From assembly GCA_036676985.1 (NCBI GenBank), contig JAKFBU010000043.1:1-64000 (forward strand): a DNA stretch of 64,000 nucleotides, in the 5' to 3' direction. Positions within the stretch are counted from its first letter, which is position 1; each line of letters begins with the position of its first letter. Shown piece by piece: positions 8,994 to 18,361 of this stretch. Source of the DNA: Candidatus Sericytochromatia bacterium (lineage in GTDB: Bacteria > Cyanobacteriota > Sericytochromatia > S15B-MN24 > UBA4093). Made by a program: the position numbers and the translations under genes. The notes beneath the pieces were generated by a model. That model searched no databases. It saw only the letters and a program-made list of their open reading frames with translations, and was not told the DNA's origin.

Positions 8994-10487
8994 TTACTGG
9001 ATCGGGAAGCGCTGCACGTGATTGTTGGTGAAGACGTACAGCGAGTTGCCCGCCACCACGCTCTCGTGGCCCCACTCGTTGTCGGTCAGCGAAACCCCGT
9101 CGACCACGGAGAAGGCCCCCAGGGTGCCGTCCGGGTTGACGGTGGCCGCCTCAATCGTGGACACGCCGCCGCTGCCCGAGTTACCCCCGATGGCGTAGAG
9201 CTTGCCGCCGATGAAGACCCCGCACCCGGCGTCGCGCCCGGTATTGAGGGTCACGCCCGCCTCCTGGATATTGCCGAGCGACCCATCCGGGTTGATCGGG
9301 GCCCGCAGGACGCCCTTACGCGTTCCATAGCCGCTGCCGAGGAGGTAGAGCGAGCTGTTGGCGCGAACCGTCGCGAAGCCGGCGTTGGCCGAGGGAAGGT
9401 TGAGATCCGGGTTGGTAACGAAGTTCCCAAGCGTCCCGTCCGAGTTGATGGACGCCACCTGGGTGGTCGAAAGCCCGGAGTTGTTCTGCAGGGCGCCACC
9501 GAGCACGTAGACCTTGCCGCCGCCCACGTACAGCCCGAACCCGGCGACCCCCGTTTGAAGCTGACTGCTCACCGTCTCGAAGGCCCCGAGCGTCCCGTCC
9601 GGGTTGATGGTCGCGGCCTCGATGCTAGTCAACCGGGCATTGGCCTGGGGATTGTAGCCGCCGAAGACGTAGAGGCGATTGCCGATGACCGCCCGGCGGA
9701 AGCTACGGCGCGGCACCGTGAGGGTCACCCCCGCGTCCACGAAGGCCGACATGCTGGCCGCCGGCAGCACGTTGGCCACCATGACCTTGGTGTTGGCGCT
9801 GTAGGCGCCCATCTGGTAGACGCGGTTGCCGATGCGGATGGGCTCCAGGTAACCGCCGACCGCGTCGGTGATCGCGAAATCGTCGGCCTTGGCCTGCAGC
9901 GAGCCGTTGATGCCCACGTTGATGCTCTCGGAGGCGACCGGGCGATAGCCGCCGTCGATCACTGCGACGCCGCTCGAGGTCGCCGTTCCCGAGAAATCGA
10001 CGTCCGTGAGCGTGACCACGAGCTGCTCCATGGGAGGCTGATCGTTGTTCGTCACCGTCACGTCGATGAACGACCCCTCGGCCTTGCTGATGAGGTCGGC
10101 CGCGTTCGTGCCGACGGCCCGATAGGCGTAGGCCCGGACGCGGTAGGTCCGGCCGGCATGCAGGTCCGCGATGGTGATGGGGTTGGTCAGCTCATCCCGC
10201 TGCAGATCCACCTGGACGGGCGTCCCGCCGGCGCCGAGCACGGGGGTCTCGTCCTCTCCCTCGAGGGCGAAGAGCTTGATCACCAGGTGGTCGATGCTCT
10301 GGGCGGTGTGCGGCGTCACCACGGCCGAAACCGCGTAGCCGCCGTTGACGATGCGCGGCTTCAGGACCAGCTTGCCGGTCGCGGCCACCGTGGCCGAAGG
10401 CGCGGAGGACAGGGGCAGGTCGAGGGCGGTGCAGCCGGCCATCAGAAGGCTGGCGGCCAAGAGGGCGGCATGCGAAGCGTTTTTCAT
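8994..10487 (-). CDS. Lipoprotein: beta-sandwich domain plus Kelch-repeat propeller
   Basis: Lipobox LMAGC; Kelch blades LYVFGG, VYVLGG and LYAIGG with recurring INPDGTLG; start MKNASH after AAGGA. Confidence 0.85.
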   Translation of the reverse strand: MKNASHAALLAASLLMAGCTALDLPLSSAPSATVAATGKLVLKPRIVNGGYAVSAVVTPHTAQSIDHLVIKLFALEGEDETPVLGAGGTPVQVDLQRDELTNPITIADLHAGRTYRVRAYAYRAVGTNAADLISKAEGSFIDVTVTNNDQPPMEQLVVTLTDVDFSGTATSSGVAVIDGGYRPVASESINVGINGSLQAKADDFAITDAVGGYLEPIRIGNRVYQMGAYSANTKVMVANVLPAASMSAFVDAGVTLTVPRRSFRRAVIGNRLYVFGGYNPQANARLTSIEAATINPDGTLGAFETVSSQLQTGVAGFGLYVGGGKVYVLGGALQNNSGLSTTQVASINSDGTLGNFVTNPDLNLPSANAGFATVRANSSLYLLGSGYGTRKGVLRAPINPDGSLGNIQEAGVTLNTGRDAGCGVFIGGKLYAIGGNSGSGGVSTIEAATVNPDGTLGAFSVVDGVSLTDNEWGHESVVAGNSLYVFTNNHVQRFPIQ

Positions 10488-10987
10488 TGCGACATCCTTG
10501 TCTCGCGGAGCCGGGGCGAATGACGACCCGGTCAATAGTGGGAAACGGGAGCGGCGTGCCCCTGCGGCCACGCGGGTCGCTGCGGCAAATCGGAAAAAGT
10601 TGCTCAGGAAATGTGATTGGGAAAGGATATCAAGCGCGACTATAATGGTTTCGACGCTTGATTGGAAAACTTTAATGACTCAGGTCGAAAGGCTTGGCAT
10701 CGGTTCACCCTCCTTGGTCGTGGCGGATCACTCCCTTGATCCGCTCGCCGGGGTTCGCCGGATGCGCGGCGTCATTCTGCGCATCGAACCGGCCGTTGGG
10801 TCTTCGAACCCCGTTGGCGACGAGTTGTCGTCTCTAATAGGGTAGGCGGCCGGCATGTCGCTGGGTAGTGTGGTTTTTTTGGAGAATTCCAATCTTTTTT
10901 CGATTCTTTGGGCCCGCGATCACGCCGCGCGGCCCGCAGAGGTGCCACAATTCTTGAACTGCTGCCTTATGTGGGGATGTTGGAACC

Positions 10988-11737
10988 ATGGCGACTGATC
11001 AGCCGCACCGAATCCTGGTGGCCGAAGACGATGCCGAGTACCGGGCCGTTCTGGTCGAGTGGCTCCGCGACTCGGGTTACGCGGTCGAGGAGGCGCCTCA
11101 TGGCAAGGCCGCCATGGAGCTTGCGGGCGAACAACGCTTCGACGTGGTGCTCACCGATCTCAGGATGCCCGAAGCCAACGGCCTGGAATTGCTCGAATGG
11201 TTCAAGGTGATGCAGCCGGCCGCAGCGGTCATCTTCCTGTCGGGCCAAGCCACGATCCACGATGCCATCCGGGCGCTGCGCGAGTGGGGCGGCTTCGACT
11301 TCCTGGAAAAGCCCGTCGAGTTGACGGAGCTGACCTCGATCATCGAGCGGGCGATCGCCCAGAGTCCGTCTCAGGCCACCGTTTCCCCACCCGAGCCGCC
11401 GTCCGTTCCGCCCTCGACCCTCACGCAGCGCGCCCTGAGCGTGATCGCCGAGCGCTTCCGCGAGCCGATCGGCCTGAGCCAGCTCAGCCGGGAGCTGGGC
11501 TATTCAGCCGCCTACCTGACGGATTCCCTGCGGCGAGAAACGGGCAAGACCGTGTTGCAGTGGATCATGCACCACCGCCTGGAGGAGGCCAAGGGCCTCA
11601 TGGGCTCGACCGACTGGACGGGCCAGCAGATTGCCGAGGCAGCGGGCTTTTCGAGCTACAACCAGTTCCTGCACCAGTTTCGCCAGGTGTACGGCGTGAC
11701 GCCGAGGGCGTGGCGCGACGCTAGCAAGACTCGCTGA
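10988..11737 (+). CDS. Response regulator (REC plus AraC HTH)
   Basis: ILVAEDD, VLTDLRMP and FLEKP, then AraC motif IAEAAGFSSYNQFLHQFRQVYGVTP. Confidence 0.92.
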   Translation: MATDQPHRILVAEDDAEYRAVLVEWLRDSGYAVEEAPHGKAAMELAGEQRFDVVLTDLRMPEANGLELLEWFKVMQPAAAVIFLSGQATIHDAIRALREWGGFDFLEKPVELTELTSIIERAIAQSPSQATVSPPEPPSVPPSTLTQRALSVIAERFREPIGLSQLSRELGYSAAYLTDSLRRETGKTVLQWIMHHRLEEAKGLMGSTDWTGQQIAEAAGFSSYNQFLHQFRQVYGVTPRAWRDASKTR

Positions 11738-14150
11738 GCGCCGGGAAGGGGACTGACTCCTCGCCCTCGACGAACAGGGGCACCGTGAACCAGAACGTGG
11801 TGCCGACGCCGGAGAGGCTCTCCACCCCGATCGTGCCCCCATGCGCCTCGACGATTGCCTTGGCGATGAAGAGTCCCAGCCCCACGCCCTGATCGCGGTC
11901 GAGGGCTTCCGCGTGGACCTGGCTGAACCGCTGGAAGAGTGCCGGCAAGGCGGTGCTCTCGATGCCCGGTCCGTTGTCCTGGACCTCGCAGCGTACCTGG
12001 TGGCCTTCGAGTCCGACGCGCACCTGGATGAGCCCGTTGGCGGGAGTGTAGCGGATGGCGTTGTGGATCAGGTTCCGGAAGACCTGCTCGAGCCGCGTGC
12101 GATCCCCGCAGACCTCGGGCAGCTCCGGTGGGAGGCTCAGCGCGAGGGTATGCCCCTTTTGATCGGCCAGCCCACGCATTTCGGCCACCATGTCTTTCGC
12201 CACCGTCCCGAGCTCGAGCGAACGCGTGCGCAGCCGGAAGTGGCCGCTCTGTAGCTGGCCTGCATTCAACAGGTCGCCCACCAGCCCGATCAGGTGGGTG
12301 AGGCTGCGGCGGATCCGGTCGTGCTGGCTGATGCTCTTCTCATCCAGGGCCTGCTCATGGCGCTTGAGGATGCTGAGCGATCCCAGGATCACGCTCAGCG
12401 GGACCTTGAGCTCGTGGCTGACCATGTTCAGGAACTGGCCCTGCATGGCCTCCGAACGCCTGAGCGCCTCGATTTCCTGGCTCTGGAGCCGGACCTTCTC
12501 GAATCGCTCGAAGAGGTTGAGCCAGACGGCGAGCAGCTGCGTGAGCTCCTTGAACAGGGCGCGGTCGAGCTCGGTGTACGGAAGGTCGGACTTCTTGGGG
12601 CCGATTGCCGCATGGCCGAGCACGTGATCCTGGACGACCAGGGGCAGGATCTCCCAGGGCTTGCCCTGCGGCGGCGGGAAACCCGCGGCGAGCATGGTCG
12701 CGAGCGCCGAGCGTTCGGCGTCGGTGCAGCCGCGACCGGCGAACGGCCGGAGGCCGTCTCGATCCAGGACCAGCGCCACGCGGGTCGGGGCGAGCGACTG
12801 CTCGAGCGTCTCGAGATAGGCCTCGATGAGCACCTCGGCCTGCACGGTTTCCTGGGCGGTCCTGGTAAAGGCGGCGATGACCTCGTCGAACCGGTAGGGG
12901 CTCCGGAAGAACCTGGCATCCAGCCACCGCTTGACGCGATCGCGCACCGGGACGAAGGCCAGCGCCACCAGGGCCGTCGCGACGATGCTCGGCAACTTCG
13001 TGCGGTCACCGAGCACGGCCTGGGTCGCCCCGGCGCTGAGGAAGTAGAGCACGGTCAGCACGCTCACCGAGATGGCGTAGGTGATCGAGCGCTTGAGGAA
13101 CGGCGTGAGGTCGAACAGCTGATGCCGGACGATGGCGTAGGAGATGGCGAGGGGCCAGAGCGGCAGGGCGAAATTCTCAAGGCCCTCGAGATCGAAGGCG
13201 AGGCCGAGCGTCTGAGCCTGGGGCACGATCAAGGCGGGCACGGTCGAAAGGAGGGTCCCCACCAGGAGCGCCGCGCTCTGTCCCTTCTCGCTCGGCGTGC
13301 TGCGCGGACTGAAGTAGGTCCAGAGCGAGTTGGCGAGCAGGACGAGCTCCCCCAGGGCGATGTAGGCGAGGTGTCCGAACGTGACCCAGAACAGCCCGCG
13401 ATCCGTCTCGTGACACGCCACCAGGACGACCGCGAGCACCAGGCCGACGACCACGTTCACCCTCCGCGCCCCTTCCAGCGCCGGATGCCGGCGGGGGAAC
13501 TGGAGGGCGAAGTTGGTGAAGAAGAGGGCGATGAACCACTGCAGGAGCTTGCTGGTGTCCTGGAACGGCGATAGAAACGTCGTGCTCTGATCGAAGACGG
13601 TGAGCAAGGCCGCCGTGCCGGCCAGGTGAAAGGCCAGGTTGGCCGTGGCCAGCGGGTCTCCGGGTTTCAGGACGGAGACGAGGCTGCCCAGCACCAGGAA
13701 GCTGATGCCCGTGATCCAGAGCGCCAGGAACGTGCTGGCCCAGAGCCGCACGTCATGCGCCTGGGTGGCGATGACCTTGGTCATGCGGGTCGTGGCGCCG
13801 TTCGGCAGGTGACGCTCGAGGTCGTAGGCGAGGGGAGTGCCGACGGGCCTGGTGGCGACGTAGGCATAGAGGTCGCGCGGGTCCTCGAGCGCCTTGCCGT
13901 CCACCGCCACGATCCGATCGCCCGGCATGAGGCCGGCCTGGGCACCCGTGCTCTGGGGGGGCAACTGCATCTCGACCGCCCGATCCATGCGGAGCTTGAA
14001 CCCCGGGTAAGGTCGGTCGAGCCAGGAGAGGGCGGTGGCGAACGAAACGATGGCCGCCACCAAGAGGGTTATGACCATCGCCCAGAAGGCGGCGCGTCGG
14101 AGTCCGGCGTCGCCCATCGCCAATGCCGTGCGACTCAGAAGTTGCTTCAT
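11721..14150 (-). CDS. Membrane sensor histidine kinase with an extracytoplasmic PDZ domain
   Basis: AGLMPGDRIVAVDG (PDZ), several TM helices, SHELKVPL (H-box), NLIHNAIRY, DNGPGI and GVGLGL. Confidence 0.92.
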   Translation of the reverse strand: MKQLLSRTALAMGDAGLRRAAFWAMVITLLVAAIVSFATALSWLDRPYPGFKLRMDRAVEMQLPPQSTGAQAGLMPGDRIVAVDGKALEDPRDLYAYVATRPVGTPLAYDLERHLPNGATTRMTKVIATQAHDVRLWASTFLALWITGISFLVLGSLVSVLKPGDPLATANLAFHLAGTAALLTVFDQSTTFLSPFQDTSKLLQWFIALFFTNFALQFPRRHPALEGARRVNVVVGLVLAVVLVACHETDRGLFWVTFGHLAYIALGELVLLANSLWTYFSPRSTPSEKGQSAALLVGTLLSTVPALIVPQAQTLGLAFDLEGLENFALPLWPLAISYAIVRHQLFDLTPFLKRSITYAISVSVLTVLYFLSAGATQAVLGDRTKLPSIVATALVALAFVPVRDRVKRWLDARFFRSPYRFDEVIAAFTRTAQETVQAEVLIEAYLETLEQSLAPTRVALVLDRDGLRPFAGRGCTDAERSALATMLAAGFPPPQGKPWEILPLVVQDHVLGHAAIGPKKSDLPYTELDRALFKELTQLLAVWLNLFERFEKVRLQSQEIEALRRSEAMQGQFLNMVSHELKVPLSVILGSLSILKRHEQALDEKSISQHDRIRRSLTHLIGLVGDLLNAGQLQSGHFRLRTRSLELGTVAKDMVAEMRGLADQKGHTLALSLPPELPEVCGDRTRLEQVFRNLIHNAIRYTPANGLIQVRVGLEGHQVRCEVQDNGPGIESTALPALFQRFSQVHAEALDRDQGVGLGLFIAKAIVEAHGGTIGVESLSGVGTTFWFTVPLFVEGEESVPFPALSESC

Positions 14151-14248
14151 CAGGGTGCTGTGCGATTCCTTTGCATCGTTTGGCGTGCGTGACTGGGCCT
14201 ACCTACCTTACCCCGTTCACCACCGGGCGATCGCACGTCTTCTACCGG

Positions 14249-14449
14249 CTAGCTGGCCGAAGGCGCAATCGTCGGCTCCTCCTCGGCCACCGGCAGGGCA
14301 GGGGCGGTCCGGCGCTGGGCCGTCTCCGGGGGAACGTCCGTGATGGCGTAGTGGGCATTGGGGCAGATGAGGACCAGCTTCGAGGGCCCGATTTGAAAGT
14401 CGATGGTGTGACTCGTGGTCATAGGTAACTTGCACCGTTGGCAGCCCAT
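14249..14449 (-). CDS. Small putative zinc-ribbon protein (66 aa)
   Basis: GGAGGTG RBS just before ATG; sequence MGCQRCKLPM...LICPNAH (CxxC...CxxxH). Confidence 0.5.
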   Translation of the reverse strand: MGCQRCKLPMTTSHTIDFQIGPSKLVLICPNAHYAITDVPPETAQRRTAPALPVAEEEPTIAPSAS

Positions 14450-14608
14450 GGCCGTCACCTCCCTTGCCGTGAAAAACGGAACCAGGACCGCGAAGACAGG
14501 CCCCCATGGACGCCTGTCTCCGCGGTCCTTCCAATCTACCGAACGGAGGTCGTTGCCGACTACTGCAGATCTTTAGGTCAAATCAGCGATTTTTCAGGAC
14601 CTTGGAAC

Positions 14609-16405
14609 TCACGACCGAAGGAGGGGCTGCTCCAGTCCCGCCTCGTTGTGTCGGTGCAGGTCCGCGTAGCGACCGCCCGCTGCGAGCAGCTCGTCGTGCG
14701 TCCCGCGCTCCGCAATGCGGCCGTCGGCCACCACCAGGATCTGGTCCGCGTGCCGGATGGTGCTGAGCCGGTGCGCGATCACGATGGCCGTCCGTCCTTG
14801 CATGGCCGTGGCCAGCGCGCGCTGCAACGCCCCTTCGGTCGCCGAGTCCACGTGACTGGTGGCCTCGTCCATCACCAGGATCGGTCGGTCCGCGAGCATG
14901 GCCCGGGCGATCGCCAAGAGCTGACGTTGCCCGTGTCCCAGCTTCCCCGCGCCCTCGCCGAGCGGGGTGTCGTAGCCCTGCGGGAGGGCCTCGATGAAGT
15001 CATGGGCGCCGACGGCCTTGGCCATCGCCACCAGCTCGTCGCGGGTCGCGTCGGGTCGCCCGTACGCGAGGTTCTCGGCGACCGTCCCGCTGAACAGGAA
15101 GGGCTCCTGGGCCACCACCGCGATCTGCGCGCGCAGGTCCGCCCGCGACATCTTCCGGACGTCCGTCCCATCCAGCAGGACCTCGCCCGCCGAGACGTCG
15201 TAGAACCGCGGCAGCAAGTTGGCCATGGACGTCTTGCCGGCTCCGGTCGGCCCCACGATGGCGATCGTCTGGCCCGGCTCCGCCACGAAGCTCACGCCGC
15301 TCAGCACCGGCCGATCGGGCACGTAGTAGAACGCGACGTCCCGGAACTCCACCCGGCCTTTCACCCTGGCCTGCGGGACCGCGCCCGTTTCCGCCTCGGG
15401 CGCCTCGTCGAGGATCGCGTAGATGCGCTCGGCACCTGCGAGGGCCGCCTGCAACTGCGCCGAGACCTGGGCCACCACCTGGATGGGCCAAAAGAACTGG
15501 CCGACGTACAGCATGAACGCCGCGAGCAGGCCGAGCGTCAGCGAGCCCTGCAGCACCTGCCATGCCCCGACGCCGATGACGGCGGCGATGGTCAGCGCGC
15601 TCAGCACGTCGACCGCCGGCGTGAACACCGAGGTCGCCACCGCCGCGCGGACGTTGGCTTCGCGGTTGGCCTGGTTGCGCTCGCGGAAGCGGGCCTCGCT
15701 CTCCTCTGCCCGGTTGAAGGCCTGCGCCTCGCGCACGCCGCCGATCTCCTCCTGCAGCTCGGCCATCACCGCACCCGTGGTCTGCCGGGCCTCGCGGTAG
15801 GCGCCGCGCGCCCACCGGGCGAGCACCCAGATGATGACGCCCATGACCGGCAGCGCCGCCGCGCACACCAGCGCGAGCAGGGGGTTCAACAGGGTCATGG
15901 CAACGAGGATGCCCATGACGCCGAAGACCGCGCCGATCGACTGCGTGAGGCCCTGCGAGAGCAGCTGGTTGAGTGCGTCCACGTCGTTGCTGACGCGTCC
16001 CATCAGGTCCCCGATCGGCCGCCGATCGAAGAAGCCGATGGGCAGCTCCTGGAACCTTGCGAAGAGCCGCTGCCGCAGCTCCGCGAGCACCCGCTGGCCG
16101 ATCGTGCCGATCATGAAGATCTGGGCGCGCTGGGCCAAGGCGCCGCTCAGATACACGACCGCCATGCATGCGAGCGTCACGAGCAGCCCGCGGCCGTCTT
16201 TGTGTCCCACGTTCACGTCGATCGCGCGGCTGACGAGCCAGGGCCCCAGCGCCTGAGAGACGGCGACGATTAGGATGAGCGCCGCCGCGCTCGACAGCGC
16301 CCGGCCGTGGGGGCGCAGCTCACCGAGCAGCCGTGCGGTCGTCGCGCCGCGCTGTTGTGGCTTGGCGTCGAGCCCCTGCAAGACGCCCTGTACGCCACCG
16401 ATCAT
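14609..16405 (-). CDS. ABC exporter half-transporter (TMD plus NBD), degenerate signature
   Basis: GPTGAGKT, LGHGQRQ (degenerate signature), MDEATS and IAHRLST. Confidence 0.93.
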   Translation of the reverse strand: MIGGVQGVLQGLDAKPQQRGATTARLLGELRPHGRALSSAAALILIVAVSQALGPWLVSRAIDVNVGHKDGRGLLVTLACMAVVYLSGALAQRAQIFMIGTIGQRVLAELRQRLFARFQELPIGFFDRRPIGDLMGRVSNDVDALNQLLSQGLTQSIGAVFGVMGILVAMTLLNPLLALVCAAALPVMGVIIWVLARWARGAYREARQTTGAVMAELQEEIGGVREAQAFNRAEESEARFRERNQANREANVRAAVATSVFTPAVDVLSALTIAAVIGVGAWQVLQGSLTLGLLAAFMLYVGQFFWPIQVVAQVSAQLQAALAGAERIYAILDEAPEAETGAVPQARVKGRVEFRDVAFYYVPDRPVLSGVSFVAEPGQTIAIVGPTGAGKTSMANLLPRFYDVSAGEVLLDGTDVRKMSRADLRAQIAVVAQEPFLFSGTVAENLAYGRPDATRDELVAMAKAVGAHDFIEALPQGYDTPLGEGAGKLGHGQRQLLAIARAMLADRPILVMDEATSHVDSATEGALQRALATAMQGRTAIVIAHRLSTIRHADQILVVADGRIAERGTHDELLAAGGRYADLHRHNEAGLEQPLLRS

Positions 16406-18216
16406 GCGTCACCTCCCGGCAGGCCGGCGGCCGCCATTGGTCTTGAGAGCTGGGTGCCCACGATGTCCTGGTAAACCGGACTCGTGCTCATCAGCTCGTC
16501 GTGCGTGCCCTGGGCCACCAGGCGACCCTGGTGGAGCACCAGGATGCGGTCGGCCTCCCGGACGGTGCTGAAGCGGTGGGCGATCACCAGGCAGGTGCGC
16601 CGGTGGTCGCGCATGAGCCGGTCCAGGGAGGACTGGATGGCGGCTTCCGTCTCGGCGTCCACCGCCGAGGTGCTGTCGTCGAGGATGATGAGGCGCGGGT
16701 CCACCAGGAGGGCCCGGGCGATCGCGATGCGCTGCCGCTGGCCGCCCGACAGGCCCACGCCACGCTCGCCGATGAGCGTGTCGTAGCCGTCCGGCAGGGC
16801 GCGGATGAAGTCGTCCGCCCGGGCGGCCTTGGCCGCCTGCTCGATCTCCTGGCGGGAGGCCGACGGCCGCCCGAAGGCCACGTTGTCGGCGATGGTGCCC
16901 CCGAAGAGCAGCGGCTCCTGGAGCACGATGGCGATCTGGCCGCGCAGGGAGGCGAGCCGCACGTCCCGGACGTCCATGCCGTCCACGCGCACATGGCCCG
17001 AGGTCGCGTCGTAGAAGCGCGGCACGAGGTGGGCGAGCGTGCTCTTGCCCGAGCCGGTCATGCCCACCACCGCGACCGTCTCGCCGGCCTTGACGGAGAA
17101 CGTGAGGTCCGTCAGCACGGGCTGCTCGCCGCCCGGGTAGCGGAAGGTGACCTGCTCGAAGCTCACGTCGCCGTTGATCGGCGGCAGCTCGACCGCGTCG
17201 GGGCGATCCGTCACGTCCAGGGGCGCGTCGAAGAGCTCCCCGATGCGGCCCGCCGAGACGCTCGCCCGCGACAGGATCATGGCCGAGAAGCCCAGGGTCA
17301 TGATGGGCATCAGGAGGAAGCCCAGGTAGTTGGTGAAGGCGAGCAGGGTGCCGATCGTCAGCTGGCCGCCCATCACCTCCCAGCCCCCCAGCCCCACGAT
17401 GGCGAGGGTGCCCAGGTTGGCGAAGAGCATGACGATCGGGAAGGTGTTGGAGCCGGCGCGGGAGGCGGCGATCGCCTGCTCGAGCACGCCCTGGTTCACG
17501 ACGTCGTAGCGCTCGGCCTCGTGCGCCTGTCGCCCGAAGGTCCGCACGATGCGGACGCCGGCGAGCGACTCGCGCATGAGGGTGTTCATCTGGCCGGCCA
17601 GGTGCTGGAGCCGCCCGAACAGGGGACCGATCGTGCCTGTGAAGCGTCCGAGCAGCCAGACGATCGGGAGCAGCATGAAGAGCGTGACCAGGGCGAGCTT
17701 CCAGTCGAGCACCAGGATCACGACGACGCTGATGAGGAACATGACGAGCGACTGCACGATCTGCACCACGCCCGAGCCCAGGAACGCGCGCACCTGGTCG
17801 ACGTCGTTGGTGAGGCGCGTGAGCAGCTGGCCCGTCTCGTTGCGATCGAAGTAGCTGAAGCTCAGGCGCTGGACCTTGGCGAAGAGCTCGTCGCGCAGCT
17901 GGTAGGCGACCTGGTGGGAGACGCGCTCGCCGAGATAGACGTGCAGGAAGCCGAAGACCCCGCGCAGGGCGGCAAGCGCCAACAGGATGCCCAGGGACAG
18001 CGCCAGGGCGTGGGAGTCGTGCTGGCCGATGCCGTCGTCGATGGCATGGCGGATGATGAGCGGGCCCGCCAGGTTCGCGAGCATCACCACCAGCACCGAG
18101 AAGAGCGCTCCTGTCACCATCAGGAGGTGGGAGCGCAGATACCCGAGGGGGCGCCGCAGCACCTTGAGCCCGGGCCCGGCCGGCCGCGCCCCGGGGCGAC
18201 TCTTGTTTGGTTGCAT
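16402..18216 (-). CDS. ABC exporter half-transporter (TMD plus NBD), heterodimer partner
   Basis: GMTGSGKS, LSGGQRQR and LDDSTSAVD (Asp in place of catalytic Glu, typical of TM287/TM288-type heterodimers); 4-nt overlap with its partner. Confidence 0.93.
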   Translation of the reverse strand: MQPNKSRPGARPAGPGLKVLRRPLGYLRSHLLMVTGALFSVLVVMLANLAGPLIIRHAIDDGIGQHDSHALALSLGILLALAALRGVFGFLHVYLGERVSHQVAYQLRDELFAKVQRLSFSYFDRNETGQLLTRLTNDVDQVRAFLGSGVVQIVQSLVMFLISVVVILVLDWKLALVTLFMLLPIVWLLGRFTGTIGPLFGRLQHLAGQMNTLMRESLAGVRIVRTFGRQAHEAERYDVVNQGVLEQAIAASRAGSNTFPIVMLFANLGTLAIVGLGGWEVMGGQLTIGTLLAFTNYLGFLLMPIMTLGFSAMILSRASVSAGRIGELFDAPLDVTDRPDAVELPPINGDVSFEQVTFRYPGGEQPVLTDLTFSVKAGETVAVVGMTGSGKSTLAHLVPRFYDATSGHVRVDGMDVRDVRLASLRGQIAIVLQEPLLFGGTIADNVAFGRPSASRQEIEQAAKAARADDFIRALPDGYDTLIGERGVGLSGGQRQRIAIARALLVDPRLIILDDSTSAVDAETEAAIQSSLDRLMRDHRRTCLVIAHRFSTVREADRILVLHQGRLVAQGTHDELMSTSPVYQDIVGTQLSRPMAAAGLPGGDA

Positions 18217-18361
18217 GTGAATCCTGTATCCCCTCTAGCTTGCCAGGCCCATGCTACTGGCCTCGGGAACGACCGCGTCTTCCAGACGGCGTGCGACGAT
18301 CGCCTGATCGCGAGCGCCTTTCCACCTGGCCAAGGAGCGCGACGAATCCCCGTGGACGGCG

